A DNA stretch of 54,275 nt from the NCBI GenBank assembly GCA_004796365.1, contig QZLE01000162.1, positions 1-54,275 on the forward strand, written 5' to 3'. The stretch is from Gammaproteobacteria bacterium (GTDB lineage Bacteria > Pseudomonadota > Gammaproteobacteria > QZLD01). Position 1 is the first letter of the stretch, and each line of letters opens with the position of its first letter. Under the pieces are notes generated by a model. The model worked only from the letters and a program-made list of their open reading frames with translations, searched no databases and had not been told where the DNA came from. Below are positions 12,101-22,022 of this stretch, one piece after another. The translations under genes and the position numbers were made by a program.

Positions 12101-12400
12101 TATAACGATATCTTTGTTATTTGCATTTGCTGCAAACATTCGGTGCAATGCATCAACCTTGCTTCGGATAGATTTTTTCTTCAAGTTAAGCTTATTTACA
12201 CTGTCAGCGATAATCGCATTATGGCGAAATTTTATATAATCACGAGTTATCTGAGTAACCGAAAGTGCTTTTTCTTCTATCCTGCTTGCTATAGCTTTTT
12301 TTGCCTCAATCACCTGGTAATAGGTAGATACGGACAACGATATTATGACGACACTTAGAATCGCAACAATTATTCTAGATTTGATGCTTGTTAGTATCAT
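9122..12400 (-). CDS. Membrane sensor histidine kinase (Cache domains-HAMP-3xPAS-HisKA-HATPase)
   Basis: Cache-type motifs (FMPWGWYI; IGKTGYFFIF...HP; YLWDRP...LDWYISSSIY), three PAS, AHEINNPL, DNGPGI, GTGLGL. Confidence 0.92.
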   Translation of the reverse strand: MILTSIKSRIIVAILSVVIISLSVSTYYQVIEAKKAIASRIEEKALSVTQITRDYIKFRHNAIIADSVNKLNLKKKSIRSKVDALHRMFAANANNKDIVIDNLTNMQVGALRDLSQLSTFDSQVLLWVGKLYDLKTNDGRGNGSVYGHKTASFVYDINNSYKRARNCTGINGNNVFAIADNLLQDASEGFIECGIVEQSGAEERQINHTIFIKKFMPWGWYIALSTPTNDVEADINNSITVLINEIKNILEKQKIGKTGYFFIFRGDGYMPLHPTIQGENATKIINPDSGNSIIYDLKGAARTERRALSYLWDRPTDKGNYIYRKSAFVSHYPALDWYISSSIYVDDMNLFVAPFIQKALLSFVIFIAIATGVSLFLAKATTRPLRKLVQYVSNVDEKGIPVGDLPEEQSDEGAVLINSMEKMITSIKQYQVSFLESESKFRALVESLNDILFEFDITGNISFISPQVNELLGYVQDEVVGQKPGFLLHDENYERSLNLIKHMFIGQDEIHNEVFNFKDKDGAKRTFELSAGPFFDETGEFGGIRGVARDITIKTELDQELRETEERFKVLADQLILGTLIVQKGKIIYCNEAVLKIFEMEIRDLEQLNQYELFKFIHPEDRSLIANQLMKKEKGITKGIITNNEWRAVKGSGEIGWVESWAKTVYLHGEPANFILIHDITQKKKAEEGIKQYRNYITSIIDSMPFMLVGINVDGEISLWNKTAIDKTGIDFNTANGRHLNDVLPDMSAQAVEIEKSIQNQEPIKSKRSYLGEKGNVVEEITVYPLSTEGFEGAVILIDDISDEVKIEEMMIQNEKMSSIAGLAAGMAHEINNPLAGMMQTASVLANRLVNNFDMQANQLAAKSCNTNVEAVKCFMEARDIPRMLGQIVESGNRAANIVNSMLSFSRNVNDSISSVDIIELIELTVKVAEADYNLKKNYDFKQIKIDRDYQENIPYIYCQQTKIQQVLFNLLRNSAQALHANNTSTPTISIKVYLEGYSEDDQRVVIELEDNGPGIPENIQNRIFEPFYTTKPVGEGTGLGLSVSYFIVVDQHGGDMQVFSAKEKGAKFRFSLPLIAKSSDLNQEKSSDKKS

Positions 12401-12431
12401 CTAATTCAACTTGTGTGATCCAGTAATATGG

Positions 12432-14048
12432 TTAACTTTCAATAGGCAGTTGCTCAAGAATTTCCATATACTCCGGAATTGATTCAAGAAATGCATCCAC
12501 AACCTTAGGGTCAAAATGTTTTCCGCTTTCGCTTTTAATCAATTCGATAACATCTTCAAATGCCCATGGTTCTTTGTAACAGCGTCTGCTTATCAAAGCA
12601 TCTATAACATCAGCAAGAGCAACAATCCTTCCATAGATATGGATACCATCACCCTTTAACCCTTGTGGATAACCAGTTCCATCCCACTTTTCATGATGTT
12701 CATGCGCAATAATTCCTGCGGCTGTCATCATCTCTCTTTTGGAATTTTTAAAGATACCCCAGCCATACTCAGCATGTTTTTTCATGACTTCATATTCTTC
12801 GTCGGTTAACTTACCTGGTTTTTTTAGAATACTATCCGGTGTACCAATCTTACCAATATCATGCATTGGGGCTGCAATAGCCAGCACTTCAAGTTCCTGC
12901 TCAGACATTCCAAGTTTTTCACCAATCAACGTTGAAACAGCACCAACACGATTAATATGAACTGCTGTTTCTCTGGAATAACCTTCAACCACCTCAGACA
13001 AGGTATAGATTAGCTCTTTTTGCGTATCTTTAATTTCGTTATTTAATGATAAGTTTTCAAATGCTATTGCAACATTGGTTGCAAATATTGATATAAGATC
13101 GCGATCAATATCTGTAAACGGTGTTTGTGATTGGAAATATAGCAGGCTATGCTCTTCGCGCTGACTCTCAAAGTATCCAGTGAATGTGCTTTCAGTGAAG
13201 ATATTTTCTTTTCTATCAAGTGCATCATGAAGCTTTTCCAGAATCGGCTGTTGAATAACATCCTCAAGAGGCTTATTTTCTTTGCCTGTAAACTCACCGG
13301 TTGATGCCACAATGTTATACTTCTGCCTTTCATCGCCCTGATATGCAGTAAAACCCGAACTCTTGGCATATACAAAGTCTTGATCAATATTAAGAACTGT
13401 ACCCAATTGTTTGAGTATTCCTTCAGCAAAAACATGGAAAGTATTCAGTTCAAAAATGTTTCTTGATGCCGAGATTATATTTTCCAACCCTCTTTTATTC
13501 TGTTCAATGGATTTAATCTGCTTATAAGACCTTAAGGACGAGGTAACTACTGTAAATAACTTCTGTGCGGTTAATTCGGTTTTGGCCTTGTAGTCATTAA
13601 TATCATAATTAACAATCACTTCATGTTCCGGCGCCTGTCCTGGCTGACCAGTACGCATAATGATACGAACATTATGATTTTGTAGATCTTCCCTTATCTG
13701 CTTGGCGCATCTCAGTCCTGCATCATCAGTTTCCATAATAATATCAAGCAGGATCAGGGCTACATCTTCTTCTTTTTCTAGTACCTCAATAGCTTCCTTT
13801 GCTGAGTAGGCACTTATCATATTGAGCCCGCGCCCTTCAAATTGATAATCTGCCAATACCATTTTGGTTACGGCATGTATGATCTCATCATCATCAACAA
13901 CAAGCACCTTCCACTTATCGTCAGCTGCTGCGTGTTTTTTAACTGCTAAATTTTCGTTGACTTCAGCGTTATCACTTGCCAAAACATCATCTGCAAATAC
14001 CAGCGCGTCATCGCCATTTTTAGATATTAGTTCATCACTTTGCGACAT
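12432..14048 (-). CDS. Response regulator c-di-GMP phosphodiesterase (REC-DUF3369-HD-GYP)
   Basis: WKVLVVDDD, LLDIIME, RTGQPGQAPE...YDINDYKAK (DUF3369-type RR); ETAVHINRV, MHDIGK, HHEKWDGTGYPQGLKG, ALADVIDAL. Start 14048 or 14066. Confidence 0.92.
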   Translation of the reverse strand: MSQSDELISKNGDDALVFADDVLASDNAEVNENLAVKKHAAADDKWKVLVVDDDEIIHAVTKMVLADYQFEGRGLNMISAYSAKEAIEVLEKEEDVALILLDIIMETDDAGLRCAKQIREDLQNHNVRIIMRTGQPGQAPEHEVIVNYDINDYKAKTELTAQKLFTVVTSSLRSYKQIKSIEQNKRGLENIISASRNIFELNTFHVFAEGILKQLGTVLNIDQDFVYAKSSGFTAYQGDERQKYNIVASTGEFTGKENKPLEDVIQQPILEKLHDALDRKENIFTESTFTGYFESQREEHSLLYFQSQTPFTDIDRDLISIFATNVAIAFENLSLNNEIKDTQKELIYTLSEVVEGYSRETAVHINRVGAVSTLIGEKLGMSEQELEVLAIAAPMHDIGKIGTPDSILKKPGKLTDEEYEVMKKHAEYGWGIFKNSKREMMTAAGIIAHEHHEKWDGTGYPQGLKGDGIHIYGRIVALADVIDALISRRCYKEPWAFEDVIELIKSESGKHFDPKVVDAFLESIPEYMEILEQLPIES

Positions 14049-14407
14049 AATTACTTTAGCCCACATTTAGTTATCATTACGCAGGAATTACCAATAAAAG
14101 CAAAGCACTCCACATTTGCTTTTAAAAACTGCTCATATAAACTACCCACTTGAGCGAATATTCCCATTTAACATTAAGTATAGACTGCATTTTTGATTAA
14201 TCTGCCTGTACTTATGGTCAATTTGAATTTTTGCATATCACTTCAAATTTGGATGCCCGAGCACGGCAAAAACATCATATTTTCATAATAAACCGCCCAC
14301 GAACAATCATTTAAACAATGTTAAAATAAAATAGTTTCTGCTAGCTTGTATTATCAAAATAAATATGGAATATTCTGTACTGATCTGATATTGACTAGGA
14401 CGACACG

Positions 14408-15187
14408 ATGATTAGCGTTTTACCTATTAAGGCTTTCGGTGACAATTACATATGGGTTATCAAAAATGACAATGGAGATACAATTTTTTTTGATCCAGGC
14501 TGCGCTGACTCTGTAATTAAAGTTATCGAAGATCAAAATCTTAATCCTCTTGCTGCTTTTATAACACACCACCACAACGACCATACTGGCGGCATTAGTG
14601 CACTTAAAGAAAAATATAAAACCATAATTTTTGGCCCTGCCCATGAAACCGGGCATGAAACCGAGATGGAGCTTGATGTAATACTTGAAGAGAATGACTG
14701 TATTGAGATAACTCAACTAGATATCTCTCTTACAACAATTGACACTCCTGGACACACTAAAGGCCATATTTGCTTTCATAGCGAAGACTCGCTTTTTAGC
14801 GGGGACACTCTGTTTAGCGGAGGCTGCGGAAGAGTCTTTGAAGGCACACCTGAGCAAATGTATGAATCATTGCAAAAACTGTGTCATCTACCTGATGACA
14901 CTTTGATCTATTGCGCGCACGAATATACACTTGCTAACTTAGCATTTGCACAACATATTGAACCTGATAATTGTGACATCGCAACGTTCATAACACACTG
15001 CGAATCACTACTTAATCTTGGAAAGCCAACACTTCCGGTAACTCTTGGACAGGAAAAAAAGATCAATCCTTTTTTACGCTGTGATCAAAAATCAGTTAAA
15101 AAAACTGCAGAAAATCATGCTGGCAGCCCTTTAAATTCTGACGCTGATGTATTTGCAGTGATTCGGGAAATGAAGAATAATTTTTAA
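14408..15187 (+). CDS. gloB: Hydroxyacylglutathione hydrolase (glyoxalase II)
   Basis: AFGDNYIW, THHHNDHTGG, TPGHTKGHI, GDTLFSGGCGRVFEG, CAHEYT, EKKINPFLR. Confidence 0.96.
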   Translation: MISVLPIKAFGDNYIWVIKNDNGDTIFFDPGCADSVIKVIEDQNLNPLAAFITHHHNDHTGGISALKEKYKTIIFGPAHETGHETEMELDVILEENDCIEITQLDISLTTIDTPGHTKGHICFHSEDSLFSGDTLFSGGCGRVFEGTPEQMYESLQKLCHLPDDTLIYCAHEYTLANLAFAQHIEPDNCDIATFITHCESLLNLGKPTLPVTLGQEKKINPFLRCDQKSVKKTAENHAGSPLNSDADVFAVIREMKNNF

Positions 15188-15214
15188 CATCCGGTAATTT
15201 TTTATTGCTAATTA

Positions 15215-18200
15215 TCAAATATTTTTTGGAATACGAAGGTCAAAAACCACCCCTTCTGCTTCCTGGCTTAAGCAGTTAATATCTCCGCAAAGAGTTTGTG
15301 TAACCAAATTATAAACAATGTGCATTCCTAAACCACTTCCACCACTTCCTCTTTTTGTTGTAAAGAAAGGGTCATATATTTTATTTAGATATTCTTCCTC
15401 TATCCCTTTTCCATTGTCTTTATAAGTAATAGAAATATTTTCATCAATCTCTTTAACATTTATCGATATTATTCCATTATCTTTATCATCAAACCCATGA
15501 ATAATTGAATTCATGATTAGATTTGTCATAACCTGAGATAATGCTCCAGGGTAAGTGTTTAAAACAATCCCTTTGGGACAGTTAAGCAAAACCTCTAATC
15601 CATTTTTATTTATCTCCGAATGCAAACTTAACAAAATCTCTTCAAGGTATTCTAGTAGTTTAAAGTTTCTTTTAACTTCACTGGACTGGTCGACAGCAAC
15701 TTGTTTAAAACTCTGAATTAAATCTGCTGCCCGTCTCATATTCATTACAACCATTCGAGAACTATCATTAACAATACCAAAATATTCTTCCAGATCACTT
15801 CGCTTTAGATTTCCATCTTTATATTTGTTTAGCGTAGCTTTTGTTCGATCCTCTAGATGGGAAGCAGCTGTTACACCAATACTTACCGGAGTGTTTATTT
15901 CATGAGCAACGCCAGCAACCAACCCCCCTAAAGCAGACATTTTTTCTGATTGAATAATATAATCCTGAGCTTGTTGCAACTCTTCTAGTGAACTCTTCAG
16001 CTCAACAGTTCTTTCATCCACTAAATCTTGCAAATGTTCCTTATGCTTGGTCAATTCTTTATTCGCCTGGGATAACTGATTTGTTCGCAGCAGAGCTTCA
16101 TTCTCAGCTTTCTTTTGTTCAGTAATGTCATTTCCAAAGCCAATGATTTCAACTATTTGATTATTAGCATCTCTTTTAGTAAAGCTGTTCCATAAAACCA
16201 ATCGTTTATTACCGTTGCTACAAGTCAACTCCATTTGATAATTCGTTACCTCTCCTTTGGTAATATCATCAAACAACTGTTCAACCTGTTTATATTTTTC
16301 TCCCGGATAAAATCTTCGCCACCAATTTTGTCCAATTAATTCATCTTTGGAATAACCAGTTATTTTTTCAACGGTCGGATTAACAAAAGTAGTATTGCCA
16401 TCAGCATTAATTCCACAAATAAGGCTTGGAGAATTCATAATTATGCTTGTTGAATATGTGCGTTCACTTTCAAGCTTTTCAAATGCCGATGCATTATCTA
16501 GAGCTATAACGGCCTGGCCAGATAATAAAGTCAAAAACTTAACCTGCTCTGGCCTAAAGGCATTCTCCATAAGGTCATTTTCTAAGTATATTATCCCCTT
16601 AAGTACACCATTCATAACTAGCGGAATCAATAATACCGATTTAAGCTTAGACTTTTTATCCTCTTCATGCCCTTCGGTTGTGATTACGTTATCAATAATA
16701 TATGTACTAATATCATCCTGCGTGCGCTCTACTAAATTTATGGGCAAGTTAAATAACGCCAATCTCTGCCCTTCCGGATAGATTACTATGTTCTCTTTAT
16801 TTTTCTTTGCTGCTCTAACGGTTATACCTTCTCCATTAGAATGGATGTAGATGACTCTAGTTGCACCAGAGTTTTGCATAACAGCTTGTAGCAAACTTTC
16901 AAGAAGCGAATTAAGGTTAAGGTTACCCGAAAAACTAGTTATGGTTCCGGCCAAGGTTCTCAGATCAATTCTGTCATATATATCTTGTGATGAACCACTT
17001 GAATCGCTATGGGTTAAATGATCTTTTGCCTCATCAACTTCAGCAAACTCTGTTCTTAACCTGGCTGATTTATTTCCTGCTCCCCAGTCCTCAAAGATTT
17101 CTATTGCTTCTTGAATTTTGACAACTCCAAGCGATTGAAAACCAGAATTAATTAGACTGCGCCCCATCAACTCACTTGCCATACCCGCATCAAGAAAATT
17201 ATTATTTATTAGAGCGTTATCAATAGATTGCTGATAAAGACTAATAATATTGGGGTTTTCTAAGGATTGTAATTCAGCTTCAATAAGCTGTGATTTATTT
17301 AGAATATTCTCTGGCGCTTTTTTTGCCCACTTTTGAAGCTTACACAAAGATCTTTTAGCTTCATTCACATACCTTTTTGATTTTTCGATTTCCCTATAAA
17401 CTTGAATACATACTAAAGCATTAAAAAAATGGGCGATAGGTATATATATTGTCCCAACAAATACATTAACTATTGATTCGAAGTTTTCTTCTCTTAATTT
17501 ATTTGCGAGCTTAAAATCCCTAGCAAGAAAAGCCAGTTGCAATTTTGCAAACATGCAAAATTGATATCCTGAAACAGAGTTGCTTGTCTTTAAATAATCT
17601 AGTAACCACTCCTCTTCAATAAGGTCACCAGAAACTGTTTTTCCATCACCTGTTAGACTGTTTAAGGTAATAAGAAATTGATTCCAGTGTTTTCCCATTA
17701 GCACAGAGTGCTTCTTACCCATGGCTTCAAATTGCTGATGTCTATTTGGAAATTCACGTAATAGAGCGTCAATATTTTCCCCAGCATAAAATGAAACTCT
17801 CATCTTGTTATAAAGTGCTAATGACGCATATTCAAAATTACCTGTTTCTAGCCCTTTTGTGGTGGCAATTTCAAGTCTTCTAAGCGATTCTGATAAAGGA
17901 TCTTTCCATTGGCTAACCCCCATTGCAAACCTGTGGTTAGCAATTGGAATCATTTTCGTGGCATTAACACGTTCAAGGTACTCTAGAGCGGCCTTTCCAG
18001 CCGAGTACCCGTGTTCAATAAAACCCATATTACAAAGCAGTATTGAAAACGATATTAGACAAAGTGGACTACTGACAGTGAGACCGTTAGATATGGTTAT
18101 TTCAATCATCTTAAGAATGATTAGCGGCCACATTTCCGGGTAGGATATATAAGCAATTCCAGATGCAGCAGATAACAAATCCATCTGCGCAATTACTTTT

Positions 18201-20827
18201 ACATCATCGGTTTGCGGCATATCTAAAATAGTTTCTGGCCGCTTACCTTTGAGCAAAATAAAGATTTTTATCAGTTCTTTGTAAAAATGAATCTTTACAT
18301 ATTTTTCAGGTAAGATAATGCCAAGATCTTGCAACGCATTTCGAGCTATTCCAATAGCCTTTTCACTTTCATTTTGATAACCATAATGCAGAATTTGTTT
18401 AGAATATATTTTTCCTTTTATTTGTGGATATTGCGTTAACTCAACAGCTTTTTTGAACTGGACTTCACCTCGATCATACTTATGAGTTAAAAACAATATT
18501 TCTCCATATTCCATCAGAAGAAATGCCAAGCTATCATTATCTTCGGCAGAGGAATTATCTGGTAAAAATGAGATGGCGTACTGATAATAATTTTCTGCAG
18601 CTTGAAATGCAGCATTAGCTTTTAACCTTTGCCCCAAAGATATATTTAAGCGATGTAATTCAATTCTATCGGTTTCATCTTTTATGCAAGATAACGCATT
18701 ATTGAAGTAGTCGATGTACTCTTCAATATATTCATTCTGCATCCCTTTTAAAACCAAATTGGCTTTTATAATTTTGCCGAATTTAAGATTGAGATTGCTA
18801 AATCTTTCTGAGGATATCTGCCCTCTTACAGCTTGAAGCACCCTGTCGTGAACAAATTTAAATTTATCGCCAACTCTTACGATAAGGTGGAGCTCGATTA
18901 AGCTAATAATCAACTGACGCAGATTGTCTCTGCTTGAAGAAAAGATTTGCTCAATAGTACTTACTGTAAATGATCTGCCGAGAATAGAAAGCTCTATTAA
19001 AAACTCTCTAGTTATTTCATCAAGACTATTTATTCTTCCGATTAGGAAAAAAACCACATCGGAATCTGCCGGTAAATCGGCAATTGCATCCAGGTCAACA
19101 AAAATTTCACCGCCTTCACCTTTATATATAAATTTGTTTTCAAAAATCTGTTGGAAAATTGAAGTTAAATAAAGCGGATTACCTTCTGTTTTGGCATAAA
19201 CAAGTTCAGCAACAGTTTTCACTTTTTCATCAGCACAGGGGACCAGGTCTTTAATCCAATCCTGAATTGACAGCTGATTCAGGTTGGAAAGTGCAATATC
19301 ATTACATGTAACCCCTACTCTAGCTGGGCACTCTAGGAAAGAATTTATTGGCGAAACCGAAGTGATCTCATCATTTCTATATGAAAGAATCATTAATAGA
19401 TTCTTAGGGCCAAAACCAATTATTTCTTCAATCAGAGCAATTGACTCAGAATCAGCCCACTGTAGGTCATCAATAAATAATACAATTGGCCTACCTACAA
19501 TAGATAAATTACATATTATTCGAGCAAATATTCTATTTCTATGAAATAACAGTTCCTGTGGTGATAAATCTGGAAGAGTATGTTTTTCTTGCTCGCCCAA
19601 TATTTCACTCAACTCTGGGATAATGTCTAAAAAGATTTGCCCAAAATCACCAATCGATGAATTGATAATACCTTTCCAGTCATTAGAGTTATCTGTCTCA
19701 ATCTGAATCAAGAAGTCTTTTAAAATATCGAAGATAACTGTGTAGCTCAGCTTACTACTAAACTGATCGAATTTTCCACTTAAAAAGAAGCCATCTTTTT
19801 TCGTTATTGGAACATATAGCTCACGAATTAACGATGTTTTCCCAACCCCGCTATTTCCAGATACTGTAATTAGTTGTGTTGATTCTGAACAACATTCCAG
19901 ACTGGTTATTAATGTACTAATCTCTTTGCCACGCCCATAGATATGACCAGACATTGAAATTATCTCTTCAATATCAGCACTTCCCGGATCAAAATCATCC
20001 AGACTTTTCTTCTTAGAAAGGCACGACTGAATATAACGTAAGTCTTCAATTAGGGTTGAGCAAGTTTGGTATCTTTCAGAGGGTGATTTGTTTAATAACT
20101 TCCCAATAACCTTTCCGATTGAACCATGTATTTCACTATTTATGTCGCTGACAAAACTCGGTAAGGTTGCTATATGGTCATATATGAGCTTTCCCTGATC
20201 ATCGTCATCAAATGGCAGCTTGCCGATTAGTAACTGATAAAATGTAATACCCAATGAGTATAGATCCGATCTATGATCCACTGGTTTATTGACCCTACCT
20301 GTTTGCTCAGGAGAAATGTAAGAAAGCCTTCCTTGGAGAATATTTGGGGCAGCAAAGTCAGCCCTTTCTTCCACAAAGCGACTAGCTAATCCAAAATCAA
20401 TTATTTTAATATTATTTAGCGTCCCATTAATAATAATATTTTCAGGGTTAATATCTTTGTGAACGACACCTGCATTATGAATTTGCAACAAAGCAGATGA
20501 TATATCAATTGCTAAATCTAAGAATGTTTTAACATCAAACCCGGTTACAGGAATGCGGGATGATAATGCAACCATCTTATCGTCATGCATAACGATAAAC
20601 GCCGCATCGGCAGTTTCTTCAAAACTAATATAATTCACTACTTGTGAATTTGATACAAGCTTTCCAATTTCAAACTCGCGCTGAAGATCTTTTCGAGAGC
20701 TTCCATATATTGCTCTTTCACGAGATTTAATAATAACAGTGGCGTTATCAGACTCTCTAATCCCACGATAGACTTGAGTCCTATTACTCTTATGTAGTTT
20801 TTCAACGAGCTTAAAACCACTGTACAT
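15215..20827 (-). CDS. HstK-like multidomain kinase: Ser/Thr kinase-AAA ATPase-helical repeats-GAF-PAS-histidine kinase
   Basis: [26 protein letters not shown]; Walker A GNSGVGKT, Walker B [19 protein letters not shown]; GAF (SVLLIPL...GIIYLEN...AF); PAS; [14 protein letters not shown]. Confidence 0.93.
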   Translation of the reverse strand: [1870 protein letters not shown]

Positions 20828-20951
20828 TAAATTTCTCTACTTCCCTCAACGCGAATCCAGATTATCCATAAATTACATTTATTAAATGCTTTATATTAAT
20901 AATATACTAAGCAAAACCTATTATCGATTTTTAAAGAGTAGATAATTAATT

Positions 20952-22022
20952 TTAATACTCTTTTGCAAGGTCTTCACCACTAAGTACTCTTGCAGCACCA
21001 TCTCGAAGAGATTCCAGCTCATTCTCACCAGGCATAACTATAACATCAGCTATAAAGCCTACTCTTTGAGTTATTAACTTAGTAAAGTTTTCGCTATGCG
21101 CTACCCCCCCGGTAAGAGCGATTGCGTCAACAATTCCATTAACTACCGCTGCCAGAGATCCGATCTCTTTAGCTATCTGGTATGCCATTGCCTCGTATAC
21201 CTGTTTTGCCAACCTATCACCTTGCTCAATTCTATCCTCTACTTCGCGCAGGTCATTGGTCCCAAGGTATGCAACAAGCCCTCCCTCACCTTTTATCATC
21301 TTTTTAATTTGCTTCTGATCGTACTTACCACTAAAACACAATCCAACCAGACTCCCTGCCGGAATACCACCGCTGCGCTCTGGTGTAAAAGGTCCATCAC
21401 CATCAAGAGCATTATTTACATCGATTACCTTACCATTTTCATGCAGACCAACCGATATCCCGCCCCCCATGTGCGCAACAATAATTGTAGAATTTAAATA
21501 TTCCTTACCAATCTGTTCAGAAACTATTCTTGCCGTACGTTTTTGATTTAATGCATGAAAAATACTTACTCTTGGAAGTAGCGGATTACCTGAGTATCTG
21601 GCTATATTATTTAGTTCATCAACCACGACCGGGTCTACTATATAACTTTCACAATCAGCTTCTTGTGCAATAGCATCTGCAATCAATGCCCCAAGGTTAC
21701 TGGCATGTTCACCCATCTCCGCTGCATACAGATCATTTATCATGGCTTGATTTACTTTGTAGGTTCCGCCTGGGATCGGTTTTAATAACCCTCCGCGCCC
21801 AACTACTGCATCTAAATCAATTATATCAATGTTTCTTGCATTAAGTGCTTCAAGTATCAATAACTTGCGCATATCAAACTGATCAATAAGCTTTTCAAAA
21901 ACTGCCAGCTCTTCATTGTTATGATTAATATTCTCCAACAAAACAATATCTTCACCGCTAAATACCGCAAATTTTGTTGAAGTTGAGCCGGGATTGATAG
22001 TCAAAATCAGGTAATTGGCCAT
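20952..22022 (-). CDS. buk: Butyrate kinase (acetokinase family)
   Basis: INPGSTSTK, VGRGGLLKPIPGGTY, HASNLG, IVDPVVVDE, FHALNQK, AHMGGGISV, DGPFTPERSG, LTGGVAH, PGENE. Confidence 0.95.
   Translation of the reverse strand: MANYLILTINPGSTSTKFAVFSGEDIVLLENINHNNEELAVFEKLIDQFDMRKLLILEALNARNIDIIDLDAVVGRGGLLKPIPGGTYKVNQAMINDLYAAEMGEHASNLGALIADAIAQEADCESYIVDPVVVDELNNIARYSGNPLLPRVSIFHALNQKRTARIVSEQIGKEYLNSTIIVAHMGGGISVGLHENGKVIDVNNALDGDGPFTPERSGGIPAGSLVGLCFSGKYDQKQIKKMIKGEGGLVAYLGTNDLREVEDRIEQGDRLAKQVYEAMAYQIAKEIGSLAAVVNGIVDAIALTGGVAHSENFTKLITQRVGFIADVIVMPGENELESLRDGAARVLSGEDLAKEY

Noticed and set aside
14067-14407. Possible c-di-GMP riboswitch or attenuator upstream of the HD-GYP gene (inverted repeat 14096-14123)
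   Set aside because: No GEMM-type conserved elements seen; the hairpin is AT-rich and weak. An Rfam scan would be needed.
15215-20827. Giant kinase-ATPase as an Avs/STAND antiphage protein
   Set aside because: It ends in a GAF-PAS-His kinase module, has no nuclease/TIR/SIR2 effector and no defence genes nearby; signalling is the simpler reading.
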